A stretch of DNA of 64,000 nt from Leucoraja ocellata (lineage: Eukaryota). The translations under genes were made by a program, and so were the position numbers. The notes beneath the pieces are model-generated. The model had not been told where the DNA came from. It ran no database searches and saw nothing but the letters and a program-made list of their open reading frames with translations. The DNA lies in assembly GCA_036785375.1 (NCBI GenBank), contig JAWMAR010000070.1:3844001-3908000 (forward strand), given 5' to 3'. Shown here piece by piece: positions 1-13,606 of this stretch; the stretch's first letter is position 1; each line of letters starts with the position of its first letter.

Positions 1-640
1 GTCCAAATGTCTTAAATGTTGTTATTGTACATGCCTCAGCTAATTCCTCTGGCAGCTCGTTTTATAACCACCAACCTCAGTGAAAAAAATGACCCTCAGG
101 CTATTACAGCTTTTGCCCTCTCACCTTATACCCATGCCCTTCAGTTCTTGATTCCCCTACCCTGGGAAAAGGACTATGCATTGACACCATCTAATCCCGC
201 ATGATTATATATACACTTCTATAATATTACCCCACAGCCTCCTGCACTCCAAGAAATAAAGTCCTAGCCTGCCCAACCCTTGGATGTAGCTCGGGACCTA
301 GAGTCCTGGCAACATTTTCTGAAAGGTTTCTCTGCACACTTTCAAAGGTAATAGCATCCTTTATAAAGCAGGGTGCTAGTGCAACCTCACCAGCACCTTG
401 TACAGCTGTAATATAACGTTCCAACTTCTATACTCAATTCCTGGTCGGAGGCCAACATGCCAAAAAACCTCCTTTACCGCCCTCTCTAGTTACAATACCA
501 CTTTCAGTGAACCATGCACTTATACCACCCGCTGCTCTACAACACTTCCAAGGGCCCTGCCGCAGGTTCACTGTGAAGGCCCTGCCAAGTTTTGACTTCC
601 CAAAATGCAACACCACACACTTACCCGAATTAAACACCTA
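1..640 (-). mobile_element. CR1-clade LINE fragment
   Basis: Degenerate CR1 RT C-terminal peptides (FNSGKCVVLHFGKSK). Boundaries approximate. Confidence 0.65.
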
Positions 641-3600
641 CAATAATACATTACATGAAATTGCCAAATGGTGTGATGAAAGATGTTGCAAGCTATTGCA
701 CTTGAATAGGAGCTCTGAATGCTGTATCTTACATCCTTCAATATAGTTGTTTATCTCTTGGTCTTTCCCTCTTGTCACCCACCACCCACCCTTCTTTTTA
801 CAGGTGGTCAATCTAGCTTTCAGTTGCTTTGCAAACTACCTTTTCAACTGAAAACATTACATATTCTTCAACCCTTGTTGACTTAAGACAGAACACAAAC
901 CAACCACACAAGCTATTCTGCCTCTGATTTCTTGCGAGGCGTTTCTTTGAAAACAGCCATTTCTCCTTCAACAATACTAACAAAAGATCACAATATTGAT
1001 AATTTTATTCACAAATACCTTTTAAATTGTGCTAAATGTCCAAGAAAAGGTGCTTTGAAGGGAGAAAATATCTTGTTTATCAGGAGCTTCAAATGTTTTA
1101 AACAAGTTTCCAGAAAGATTCACATCTGCAAAGGCCCAGTGAGTGCATAGTTTGGCATGCTGATAGCATGTTATTGATGCAATTGTTTTTACTTTCACAT
1201 TACACAAATCCTAGAAGAATGGTTTGTTATTTAAGTAAATAAATATTTCAGGATTTCCTTTCCAGCTTGCACTCCATTTAAAACAAGTTCATTCCAACAC
1301 TGGAGCCCCATAACACCAATTGAATTTCAATCAATTCCAGTTCACCACTGGATAAGTATTCTTTCTATTCCATCTCACCACAGAATTCATTCAAAATGAA
1401 TGCAAACTTACCCAAGTACTAACTCTGCTCCTCTTTTCACTGATATCTCTGAAAAAAATTCCACCACCTGCAGCATTCGAATTAATGAAAGAAATGTTCT
1501 TTTTAAACATTTGACTGAATCGTTGTGCCAAAAAAACTGTAAAAACTTGGTGACTCCTATCTTAACGCAGAAGAACTAAGTAAAAAACATGTCTATCACA
1601 ATAACAAATACAAAACAAAAATGTGCCACACAGAGCACTCATTGAGGTTCAGCTAGTTAACCATCTGTTCCAGTTGAAGCAAATTTTAAAAATAATAAAA
1701 GATTTCAATGTTTTATCCGTGGTAGGACAGTGGTAATTATAACTAACATAAGCTGACACTTTGTTAGCATTATTTATTTTTGTAAGACGGCAGTTGCAGC
1801 TTTAAAGTCCTTTCTAAGCATGGCATCTGTACAGATGCAAATTTGAACAAAACTTGTTTAGAGGGAAAATATGGGCTTTTGCATTTGAAAGTGAGTTTTT
1901 GCAGAGACAGCCATGTTATTAAAACTTGTGCAGCAACCCAAATGAATTAATTATAGAACATGTCTAATTCCATACTGTAATTAACAAATCTAACTACATT
2001 TCCAGATTTGTGAATAAATAATGAGTCAATGCTCCTTAATGATGGGATACATGTTGTTAAGATACAAGCTCTAAGTATAGGGGATAGACTTGCATCAATG
2101 TTTGCACATGGCAATGTGATTAGTACTCTGACATGTTAAAGAGGCTGTGACATACATATTAGTGCTATATTATTTAGGCAGTTTGAAATTCAACTCTTTC
2201 AGCTTTAGAAAACATTTAAATTTGTAAACCTCAACATTCTTATCAGTGTAGGTATGATTGCATTATGTTTCTTTGAGCTTCCTATTGTACCACAATATTA
2301 TCTTTGTTGGAAATGTCATAAATCAATAACTAATTTCATAGGTTTCAAGACTCTTCTTTTATCAAATCCATTTCCATCTGGAAATATGGAGATATCACAA
2401 TATGCTCTCTCAGACACAGGAAACATTCACATGACACCATTGTAAACAAAAAAGGCAAGCTTAACAATCAGCTCCAGAACTCCAACGTAAGAGAAATTGT
2501 CCATTTCATCTCTGACTGTTATAAAATTCACAATGGCTGAACATTCTACCGAGTTATTGGACACTTACATTGTACCATCATATTATTTTGTACAATAGAA
2601 ACAGATACTTCAGGACAGACTGCATCCATACAAAGAACTGGTGTAGTTTAAATGTGAATGCCTAGCATTCAAATCTCCAAGCAGCAAGCAAAGTCAATAG
2701 CTATATATTGAAAAGCACAAAACTGAAACTACACATGCTGGAAAATTGGGGAGGGGGGGGGGGGGGGGGGACAGAATATGCTGGAAATACGCAGGTCAGA
2801 CAACACTCTACTAGAAAAAGAGTATATATTGCAAATCAATGCCTTTTCATTGGGCAATTCTGCTAGTCTCTCCACACTTGCTTCGAGACCTGCTGAATAT
2901 TGACAGCATTTTCTGTTTTTATTTCAATCAGATAGCCAGATAACGCAAGATGAGGGAAACTTGTTGCAAATAGTTTTATTTGCAAACTTACATATCCTTC
3001 GTCTAATAGAAATTACCTTCTGGAAAGAGTTTTCCCCCCTCAGGTTCATCCAAACTGAACTGTCTTGATGCTTTAAGTCCAAACCACAAAGAGATCAGCA
3101 GATTAGCCAGCCAGTATGGAAGAGGAAGAGTGCATACTGGTCTCAGTAGAGAGGAAGTGAACACCAAAGATGAGTCATATAATCGGGCAATCTTTACGTG
3201 AAAATTAGACGTGCAAAGTTTCAAAATAACTTTTACAATTCCCTTCCTCCTGTATCCCTCTCATGTGTGACTGATTAAATAGAAGACATTTATGGCCAAC
3301 GTCCCAGAAAGAGATCAGGGGGAGGTGAAGTGGTGGTGAGGAAAAAAAGTACAATTCCCATTTTGTAATACGCAGTTAGTTCATTTTCTTTCTTACAAAC
3401 TAGATCATGTGACCAATGGTCTCGTTACTGTTTACAAAAGGGAAGTAAGATCTCAAAATGACGCACAAAGTAAATGGAGCCACAAATGCAACCTAAAACA
3501 GCTACAAGCCCAAGACAGGAAACGTGTTGAAATTGTTATTTTACAAATAAACCATCTTTCTTCTTGAACATTTAATGTGGAATTACAGGTAAGCTATGTA

Positions 3601-4304
3601 TCGTTTGCAAACTATTTCATTGTAATGAAAGCAAATGATCAATACACTCATAACTTTTACAATACATTTATTTTCTCAGCACTAATGAGAATTCACTGAT
3701 TTGGCAAGGGTACTTCAATAGAAGTATCAGAATATGAATTTAGCACCTGAAATGTATTAGCCAGCAATTTTTTCAGAGCACGCATTGCTTTATATTTCGC
3801 ATTTCAATTTCTGAAGATAGCTTCGAGTAATTTTCTTGCAGAAAACACATCTCAGACAACTCAATCATTAATTTCCCACAGCCATTTCAAATATTGGGGC
3901 ATACAATCAGACCTGTATAATTCAATAAAATGCTCATACAATAAATTCAAAAAGCCCTATAATAGTCGGAGGTAATGGAGGTAATGTGGAACCTCCAGAT
4001 GGAAATTGATAAGCAATGGCCAACAGGAGCTTGAACTAACTCGACCACTGCAACATCATCATCATTACACACTGTTCCTTCCCCCCACTGCGTTTTGATA
4101 AATCTGACAAACAGGATGAGCTTCTACTCATTGCTTACAGCTGATGCTGACGTTGGTGTATCCGGTACAGAATGTCATAAGGAAACAGATAAGATACTTT
4201 GAGTCGGTGGACTGGTCCATATTCAAGGAGCCTGCAGCGAATCAAATGAGTATGCAAGTGACATCAGTCTTCATCAGTAAGTGCATAGAACTAAGTAAGC
4301 AAGC

Positions 4305-5165
4305 TATATAAATATTTATATAGCACGTTTTAAGTCAACTCGCATTGACACCAAAGTGCTCTACATAAAATAGATAATAAGTTTCCATACAAACCATAGA
4401 AAAAGGTTAAAAAAATAAAGAAAATGGACACAACACATTATAGAGTTCAACACAAACGTCCCCCCACAGCAGAATCAAAAATTTCTACTGTGGGGAAAGG
4501 CACCAGAAAGTTAAGTCCTCTTCCTCTGTGAAACACCCGAGGTCGGGGCCCATTTGTGGCCTTGCAGCCAGTCCGAAAATTTTCAGGGCCCTCTTGCTGT
4601 GAAGATGGAACTCCGGCGTCGGGTGAAACATTCCTCAGCGGCTTCGAAAGCCTGGAGCGGCTGCCTCCTCCCCAGAGACCGGGGCACTCGTAGTCCTCAG
4701 GCCGCGCCGGTTGGAGCTCCGACCTCGGCGAACTTGATCCCAGGCTCCGCGGCGCTCCAAATCCAGCGCCGCCCGCAGCCACAGCTCCGCGATGTTGGGA
4801 GTCTGCGGCCACAGTGCTCCAGAGCTTACCGTACGGCAACCCGGTAAGGCATCGCACGCTCCGTGTTGGTATCCCAGCGCTGCGCCACCGCCGCCAAAGC
4901 TGTAGTCCCGGCCGGTCCTGACAGAAAACGCCGCTCCATTCTCAGGCAGCATCTCGATGGTAGGCCGCGAGGACGGGGCGAAGAAGCAGCTCGGAGGGAT
5001 GCTGCCTCTCCGACCAGGTAGGGGGACTAAGAAATAAAGTTTCCCCCTTCCCCACCCCCACCCACCACATAAAAGACCTCCAACTAACATTTTGGACAGG
5101 ACTTACAATAAAAAATAAGGTGAAGAGACGGACTGCAGGCAGGCTGCCATACAGACGGCGCCCAC
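4305..5165 (-). mobile_element. Non-autonomous LINE-derived element with an L2-like 3' end and GC-rich body
   Basis: Minus-strand 3' end tgtagagcactttg...cgtgctatataaa resembles L2 tails. The GC-rich interior gives only spurious ORFs. Confidence 0.4.
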
Positions 5166-5359
5166 TCCTGCACATCCGCCATCTAGAAGACTGCATAAGA
5201 CGAGGATATGCATGTTCCCTAGTGGGAAAAGAAAATGATGAACCGCAAGGTGAAGTCCAAGTCAAGTTGAACACTTCTGACAAGGAATCCATGTATGATC
5301 TTTAAAAAAAAAAGCCATGAAGGACACCAAGAGAAAATTGAGACCACGTTAAAGAGTCC

Positions 5360-6175
5360 CAGGATAACCACATGGAGGCTGCATGCTATAATGAACAATA
5401 AAGTGAAGTCAGGTAGTATCGTTGGCAACAATTCATCCCTCAAGCGCCTCAACAATGGGTCCAGCTCCAACCACATTGAAACTACAGCCAAGGAGGCATA
5501 CCACTGCCTGTACTTACTCAGAAGATTAAGAGGAAAGGTCCAAACCCAAAATGTCACCAATCAAGATCTCCAGAAATGCTACTGCCTGACCCCAGTAGTT
5601 ATTCAAGCATTTTGCATTTATCTACGGAAGTTCAGCATGACTCCAATGACTCTTACAGTTGCACCAGAGAACGCATCCTATCAGGATGCATCACAACTTT
5701 ATTTGGAAACTTCTCAGACAAAGCCCACAGAAAATTGCAGAGTGATGTTTGCAGGCCAGTCCGCCACACAAATCAGCTTCCTCCCAATCAAGTCCATCTA
5801 TACCTTATGCTGCCCCAGGAATGCAGCCAACATAATCAAGGACTACAAACACCCAAGTCATTCCCTCTTCTCTCTTTCGTTGGGCTGAAGCTAAAATAAG
5901 CTTGAAAGCACATACCATCAGGCTCACAAGCAGCTTTCCCCTATCCCTACTGTTATTAAACTATTGAAGAAACCTCTCAGGTTGTAGTGCCAATCTCGCT
6001 CATTATGGAGCGATTTATTTTAATTCCTTTGTAGCTGTAACACTATATTTTGTATTCTGTCTATTTTCTCCTTGCACTACATGTTGTACTTTTGTATGAT
6101 TTGAATGTATGGTATGACTTACCCAGGGAGCATGTAAATTTCACAGCATCTCTGTACACATGACTATAATAAATC
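5360..6175 (+). mobile_element. Rex1/Babar-like LINE 3' fragment
   Basis: Peptides AKEAYHCLYLLRRLR and CTRERILSGCITTLFGN, typical of the Rex/Babar RT C-terminus; frameshifted. Confidence 0.6.
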
Positions 6176-6239
6176 GATAATGGTTGACGAATGTATACCT
6201 TTTCTGAGTACTACACCATACGATAATTTACATTAAAGC

Positions 6240-6552
6240 ACGTTGTGCTTCATTCTGCAACTGCAACAAAGCCTCTCAGTCAGGACAGAGGTACACAGGA
6301 TGAAATTTGCAGGACATGTACTCAGAATGTCACCAGAACGTGCACCTAAGATAGCAATGACATGGCAACCTGACGGAAGAAGGAAAAGAAGCCGACCAAA
6401 ACTCACATGGAGGCGAACATTCCAGAAAGATTTGGAAGCCCGGGGTGCAAGCCTATCGAGGGTGAAAGACGTTGCACATAACTGATCAGAAAGGCAAAAA
6501 TTTGCTGCCAAATGCACTCAGTATGGGAGGAACTAAGTTTAAGTAAGTAAGT
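6240..6552 (+). mobile_element. RTE-like LINE 3' fragment
   Basis: RMKFAGHVLRMSPERAPKIAMTWQPDGRRKRSRPKLTWRRT followed by a (TAAG)n tail. Confidence 0.65.
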
Positions 6553-7571
6553 ACTTCATTCATTTCATAATAAGCATTTATTCACAGAAATCCATTCACT
6601 TCTTTCCTGCTACGCTCACACACACATGCACGATCCACTTCATAAAACAAAATGTAAATGGTGGAAGAAATAAATGCTCAGCCGATTAATTAAAATATAC
6701 AATGACAAAATTCATAGCAACATATAATACCCAAGAGTATAGATAATTAATTGTTTGTTCAGGCAGAGCATTTAATCCCATTAAATGTTCTTACATATTA
6801 ACTACCAAATTGTCACAAATTAGGAAGACAAAACAATAATGCATGGCTATTTCAACATATTGTTCCCAAATACACTGTTTTACAAGAATAGAATTGCCAT
6901 AGTAGGGTCAATATTTACAGCCAACTTTCATAAGGTCATAAGGAATAAAAGTAGAATTAGGCCTTTTGGCCTAATGAATCATGGCTGATCCATCTCTCCC
7001 TCCTAACCCCATTCCTCTGCCTTCTCCCCACAACCTTTGACACCTGTACTAATCAAGAATCTATCTATCTCTGCCGTATAAAATATCCACTGACTTGGCC
7101 TCCACAGCCTTCTGTGGCAAAGAATTCCACAGATCCACCACTTTCATTGGCAAACCAATGTTAACCTATGCTCTAGTAAGATTAATTTGTGAACCGCTTC
7201 TGAACAGACATTCTCACACATATTTGGTCCGAATGCAATCAATCACCATAATCCAATTGCCATCGGAATCCAAATATATATTTTAGAGATGTTCATAAAT
7301 GGTCATAAATGTGCCTGAGTAAATGCACTTATTTTAATGTACCCGCTGCACTTTACAAAAATATTACAAATGGCTCAAATATGCAAGTGAAAAAATGGCA
7401 AGTTAGCAGTTTCGTGATTTTAATAGGTTTTTGCAATAAATTACAAACTTGCTATACTCGCAGGACTTCCACTTTAAATGCTCCAAGCTGTGCATTTCTA
7501 CACTGTGCAACCTGGTCTAGCTTAAAGATTTTATTCAGTTTTATCCCAGAATTACTAGCACTGACTTAATG

Positions 7572-9550
7572 CAGGGGTGGGGAACCTGTTCATGTTGGAA
7601 TGCCGCATTAAGTTAGCTGTAATTTAATGCTGCATCCAATAAACTTCAATTAGATATACTTCAAAATGTTCATTATTTAGTAAAAATCTAACTACTATGT
7701 ATTAACTTCAAGTAAATGAAAAAAAAAGTTATTCTAAAGGTAACAAACCTTTTAATTAATTTGGTGCAACTGCTTTTTGTGGGAAAGCATTTAAATATTT
7801 GGCTGCAAGATGGAGGTACGCAGTTTCAGCTGATCTTCTAGATGGGTATCTGTCATTTGTGATCTTCAGGGAGTCTTGATTTGGGTTAGGTAGGAGAATG
7901 TAGATTTGCAGCAATAAGTGGTTGAAAAGCAAGAAAGCATTTATCGTGCATGTTGCCGAAGACGTGGGTATTCTATTACATTTCTCCATATTTCAATCGG
8001 ATCTTTCTTAGCGTCAAATATGGACTTTAAAATTTCATCTTCTGAGCTCAATCAATTCCATCTGTAGCTCTTTGGGAGACATCAACTAGGTGAGGTTGAA
8101 ATGCTAATTTGAGTGTGATGTCATGATTCTAAAAGACAGTAAACCTTTCATTGTATTCTTTAATTAATAAGTCTATAACAGCTGCGTATTCTTCAAATGA
8201 TTCGCATGAATCCTCCTGCTCATCAATGACCTTCGCTAACTGGGAAAAATGTCCATCCAAAATTTCATTTTGAAGAAGAGTTTTGAAAAAAGATAGTTTT
8301 TTTTTAAATGCTTGGATTGTTTTGCCACATATCAAATATAGACTTAGCTTTACTTTGCAAAGAAACATTCAAGTCATTTTGCTTTGACATGATATCACAC
8401 AGAAATGCAGTATTTCTGTAGAAATCTTCTTTCAATAATTCGCATAGCTGATTCTGTTCTTCATGAAATTTAACTATCTGTTCTCGCAACGATAAATTTT
8501 TTGCTAACACCTGTCCCTGCGATAGCCAACGCACTTTACAATGATACAGCAAATCCACACTGAATCCCTCATCGTCCAACTTTAGCACATTACGAAATTG
8601 TCGTGCCGTGTTGCATTCGCACGAATATAGTTAACAATACTTATAACTTGTTGCAAAGTGTCATTTAAAATAGTAGATTTAGCACAGAGATTTTGCTGAT
8701 GTAAGATATAATTAAATGAAATGAGCATCTGGATCTGATAATACCTTTATCTGTGCAATAAACCCTTTTCCTATCATGGAAGGTGCACCGTCTGTACATC
8801 CACTCACTAAATTAACCATATCCAGTCCAACTGCACGACATTTATCTTGAAAGTCTATTCCTCGTGATCTACCCGTAAGACTGCCCAAAGCAAGTAACTT
8901 CATAGCAAAGAAAATCTTCTGTTATGGCCCGAATTAAGTATAAAACCTGCGCCGAGTCAGTAGTATCAGTTGATTCATCGAAAGCGATTGAATAATATAT
9001 TTTCCTTTAGGAAAAACGTTCTGTTACATTGAGGGCTAATTCATGCTGCCGATCAGTTATAGTTCTCCTTGAAAGAGGCAGTTGTTTGCACTTTAAAACC
9101 TTATGTCTAAGTCTAAGCCCTCCCTTCACCACCTCCATTCCATTTGGAATATTTTGGAGGATCAAAAAAGCCAAGAACCAAGAATCCTACAACTTCGACA
9201 ATGCATTCTTTTACGATTTCTATATCACTAAATGGCTTTACTCCCTCCCCCCCATCCCCAATCCATTTCTCCAGCGGACTCGCCCCGACATTTTCCCTCT
9301 CGTCAACCAGCTTCAGGCGGTGGTTGCGCCAGTCAGACAGGGAGGGAGGTTACGTACATTCTAGAGTCGCATTAGAACTAAATAATGAGCATAACACATG
9401 TTAAAATAGCCCTCACGACTTACTAACGTTTTAATTGTGGTCGTCAGTCGGGGAGGATTATTTTGTTGAATCTTCTTTTACACTTTGGTATTTTAAATAC
9501 GTTCAATTTAAGATGAAAATAGAAATAATAAAGGACAAACAAAAACATTA
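7572..9550 (-). mobile_element. Decayed hAT (Buster/SPIN/Charlie-type) DNA transposon
   Basis: Frameshifted transposase motifs FDESTD, CTDGAPSMIG and LLYHCKVRWLSQG; TIR CAGGGGTGGGGAACCT at 7572; second TIR not seen. Confidence 0.85.
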
Positions 9551-9559
9551 ATAAAAATA

Positions 9560-10510
9560 AAAGGTAGACAAAAATTCTGGAGAAACTCAGCGGATGAGGA
9601 GACCTGATGAAGGGTCTCAACCCGAAACGTGGTCCATTTCCTTCGCTCCATAGATGCTGCCTCGCCCGCTGAGTTTCTCCAGCATTTTTGTCTACCTTCG
9701 ATTTTCCAGCATCTGCAGTTCCTTCTTAAGCAGGAAATTCATGACTGGAGTCAGGACAGGCAGTATCTCTGGATAGAAGGAATGAGAGACGTTTCAGATT
9801 GAGATCCTTCAGTCAGGGGAGGGGGAGACAGGGAAAAGGCAGTGTAAGGTGCGTAAACGAGACATCAAAAGGGGATGAAAAATCAAGGAAAATGGAGAAT
9901 AGATCATGCTAGCAAGAATTAACACCGAAGCATGGAGCTAAAATTTAGTCGGGGGGGGGGGGGGGGGGGGGAGCGGCTATGATGGAGAGAGGAGAAGCGA
10001 TGGTTACTTGAAGTTAGATAAATCAATATTCATACCGCTGGGGTGTAAGCTGCCCAAGAGGTGCTGTTCCTCCAATTTGCGCTGGGCCTCACTCTGACAT
10101 AGGAGGAGGCCCAGGACAGAAAGGTCAGTGTGGGTTGACACAAAAAGCTGAAATAAAACTCAGCGGGTCAGGCAGCATCTGCGGAGAAAAGGAATAGGTG
10201 ACGTTTCGGGTCGAGAAGAACCGAAACGTCATCTAATCCTTTTCTCCAGAGATGCTGTCCGATCCGCTGAGTTACTCCAACTTTTCGCGTCGATCTTCAG
10301 TTTAAACCAGCATCTGCAGTAACTCCCTGCACACAAGACCAGTGTGGGAATGGGAGGGGAGAGTTAAAAGTGTTTCGCAACCAGCAGCCCGTGAAGGTTT
10401 GTTCAAGAAGGAACTGCAGATGCTGGAAAATCGAAGGTACACAAAAATGCTGGAGAAACTCAGCGGGTGCAGCAGCATCTATGGAGCGAAGGAAATGGGT
10501 AAGATCGTGA
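9560..10510. mobile_element. Penelope-derived terminal repeats and GIY-YIG fragment (GNAI intron 1)
   Basis: Repeated gaaggaactgcagatgctgg...ctcagcggg units, a CTGATGA...GAAACG core at 9604, and a GIY-YIG 3' remnant at about 10000-10135. Confidence 0.7.
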
Positions 10511-10519
10511 AGGTTTAGC

Positions 10520-11290
10520 CGGTCTAAGCGGAGTGTTGTTCACAACTTTGCGGAATTAAATGTTGCCACCGTTTCCGGGGAAGCGGACCTCCGGACACAG
10601 CGTCCCCTGGGGCACAGGCGGCGAAGGGGCAGGCGCGACCGCCAGTGCAGGTCTGTCCCACCCGCCGACTGGACGCCTCCCTCCCCCCTACCCGGCCGTT
10701 CGCCATAGTCTTTGTTTTTTCTTACCGAGCAGCAGCAGCTTGACTTCCCGCGACGACTTCTGGCCGTCTTCTCGCAGGTTGCGGTCGATCATCTTACTCC
10801 TGGCCATCGCCGCCTTGTCCTCGGCGCTCATGGTGCAGCCCATCGCGGCGACCGGGGAGGGAGTCACTCTCCTCCCGAGGGGAGTGAGTCGAGGCAACGG
10901 GAGTCTTTCCCCCCCGAGGGAAGGAAGAAAGGAAGGTACAGCGGCTACTGTTGCTTCCACCGGGCTCTTGGGGTCCTCCCCCCTGGCTCGGAGATCGAAA
11001 GGCAACACAAACACACAATTAAAAAGGCGAGTTTTTTTCCTCACGGAGTAAGTCCTGAGGGGAGCCGACCTGCCGAGGGCTCCCGCCGTCCAGCGGCTCA
11101 GCGGCCGCTCGAGCTCCCGGAGCGGACCGTTGGCGGTTTAAAAGCAAAGCGACCGCTCGCCACGAGCCCTGACAGTCAGCGTTTGAAAACGGAAACCCTG
11201 CCCTGCACTGACCTCACATCCGGCCCACACGGCGGAAGCCACGCGGGGCACCACGGGAGGTGTAGTCAACGCCGGTGCAATTCTGGCAAA
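10520..11290 (-). promoter_or_regulatory. CpG island / promoter and 5'UTR of the GNAI gene
   Basis: Strongly GC- and CpG-rich stretch spanning exon 1 in an otherwise AT-rich background. Confidence 0.75.
10726..10843 (-). CDS. GNAI3: G protein alpha-i subunit, coding exon 1 (rest of gene off-window to the left)
   Basis: 118-nt exon translating [40 protein letters not shown], followed by a GTAAG donor at 10725. This matches the length and phase of vertebrate GNAI exon 1 and has the MGC myristoylation/palmitoylation motif. The family is certain. The paralog choice (GNAI3 vs GNAI1/2) is an inference from synteny. Confidence 0.9.
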
Positions 11291-11720
11291 CAGGCAGCTG
11301 ATATTGTTTAAGAAGGAACTGCAGATGCTGGAGAATCGAAGGTTACACAAAAAAGCTGGAGAAACCCTGGCAAACAGGCAGCTGTCATTTGCAGGTACAC
11401 AAAAATGCTGGAGAAACTCAGCGGGTGCAGCAGCATCTATGGAGCGAAGGGTTCCGAATCGGGCCGAAACCCTTCTTCAGACTTCACCCACTGAGTTTCT
11501 CCAGCCTTTTTGTGTACCTTCGATTTTGCAGCATCTGCAGTTCCTTCTTAAACACTTCAAGTGTCAGCTGTGTTCAAGAAGGAACTGCAGATGCTGGAAA
11601 ATCGAAGGTACACAAAAATGCTGTAGAAACTCAGCGGGTGCAGCAGCATCTATGGAGCAAAGGAAATAGGTAACGTTTCGGGCCGAAACCCTTCTTCGGA
11701 GGGTTTGAAGAAGAATCAGT

Positions 11721-11748
11721 CTGAAGAAGGGTTTCGGCCCGAAACGTC
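11721..11748 (+). ncRNA. Minimal hammerhead ribozyme core (Penelope-type), representative copy
   Basis: CUGAAGA-(A)GGG uuucgg CCC-GAAA-CG-UC: conserved CUGANGA and GAAA boxes, helix II, palindromic ACGU in place of helix III, GUC cleavage triplet. Confidence 0.65.
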
Positions 11749-13578
11749 ACCTATTTCCTTCGCTCCATAGATGCTGCTGCACCCGCTGAGTTTCTCCAGC
11801 ATTTTTGTGTACCTTCGATTTTCCAGCATCTGCAGTTCCTTCTTGAACAGCTATCATTTGCCTATCAGTGTTTAAGAAGGCACTGCAGATGCTGGAAAAT
11901 CGAAGGTGCACAAAAAAGCTGGAGAAACTCAATGGGTGCAGTCTGAAGATGGGTTTCGGCCCGAAACGTTGCCTATTTCCTTCGCTCCATAGATGCTGCT
12001 GCACCCGCTGAGTTTCTCCAGCATTTTTGTGCACCAGCTATCATTTGAAGAATAATTATAATGATAATAATATATGTTATCGTCATATCACATAAGCGGA
12101 ACGAGATTTGGTATGCAACTTCCATCCGATGTCGTAACATAAATAACTAATACAATATAGATTTAGATACCCTGAGAACATGGATTGTAAAAAGAACAGT
12201 AAAATAGTCAAAACAAAACCCGCTGAGTTTCTCCAGCCTTTTTGTGTACCTAGTAAAATAGTCAAAACAGTTCAACAGACTAAAGTGCAAGTGCAGATGT
12301 GTCTGTGCGACGTGACCATCCGAGGGAGACAGTCCAGGGGGGATGGGGGGCACTCAGAAGGGTTTCGGCCCGAAACGTTGCCTATCTCCTTCGCTCCATA
12401 GATGCTGCAGCACCCAATGAGTTTCTCCAGCATTTTGGTGTACCTTCGATTTTTCAGCATCTGCAGTTCCTTCTTAAACAGCTATCATTTGAAGGTAGAC
12501 ATGAAAATGCTGGAGAAACTCAGCGGGTGCGGCTGCATCTGTGGAGAGAAAGAATTGGCGACGTTTCGGGTCGAGACCATTCTTCAGATCCGAAACCTTG
12601 CCAATTCCTTCTCTCCATAGATGCTGCCTCACCCGCTGAGTTTCTCCAGCATTTTGTGTTCACCTTCGATTTTACCAGCATCTGCAGTTCTTTCTTAAAC
12701 AGCTATAATTTGACCTGGTTCCTTGATCATCGTTACTTTTATTGCATATAATTCATTCAATTCCATATCTCACTATATCACAGTCTACATCTTTTGTTTC
12801 CCTTTCCCGAAGAAGGGTCTCAACCCAAAACGTCACCCATTCCTTCTCCCCAGAGATGCTACCTTTACAGAACTGCAGAACTGTGTCTATCTACCGAACT
12901 GCAGTGTAGGAAGAAACTACAGATGCTGGTTTAAACCAAAGATAGACACAAAATGCTGGAGTAACTCAGCGGGACGAGCAGCATCTCTGGAGAGAAGGAA
13001 TGGGTTATGTTTCGGGCAGAGACCCTGTTCCGCTGAGATATTCCAATTTTTTGTGTTCATCTTCAGTTGAAAAAGGGTCTCTACCTGAAACGTCACCTCC
13101 AGAGATACCGCCTGTACCGCTGAGTTAGTTCAGCTTTTTGTGTCTATCTGCGGGTTAAACCAGCATCTGCAGTTCCTCCCTCTACATTTCGTCTGCAGTT
13201 CTGTAAATCGTTTCCAGCTATCCCATAAACTGCAGATGCTGATTTACACTGAAGATGGACAAAAAATGTTGGAGTAACTCAGCGGGGACAGGCAGCATCT
13301 CTGGAGTGAAGGAATTGGTGACGTTTCGGGTCGAGACGCTTCTTCAGACTGAGAATTAAGGGAGAAATGGAAGGGTAAATTGTGAAAACAATACCTCAAA
13401 GGGAACGAGGCTCAAGGAAAATGTAGCATTGTTAGCCGGAGGAAGGTGCCAACGAAACACCCTGGTATGGCAATTCTATTCTTGTAAAACTGTATTTGGG
13501 TACATTATGTTAAAAAAATAGCCATTCCATCTATATCACCATCTGTATCTCTCATTTCCCTTTCCCCTGACTGAGAGT

Positions 13579-13606
13579 CTGAAGAAGGGTCTCCACCCGA
13601 AACGTC
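13579..13606 (+). ncRNA. Minimal hammerhead ribozyme core (Penelope-type)
   Basis: ctgaagaagggtctccacccgaaacgtc. Confidence 0.6.

Noticed and set aside
4447-5292. Several 100-150 aa overlapping ORFs
   Set aside because: GC-rich repeat interior with no recognisable protein motif
1-10725. GNAI exon 2 (GAGESGKSTIVKQM)
   Set aside because: Not found by eye; intron 1 appears to extend beyond the window
10844-11044. N-terminal extension of the GNAI ORF in the ORF track
   Set aside because: It starts at a GTG, and the MGC motif must be N-terminal for myristoylation; this is GC-rich 5'UTR
11304-13070. Repeated ORFs of the type KCWRNSAGAAAS
   Set aside because: Translations of the Penelope-derived repeat
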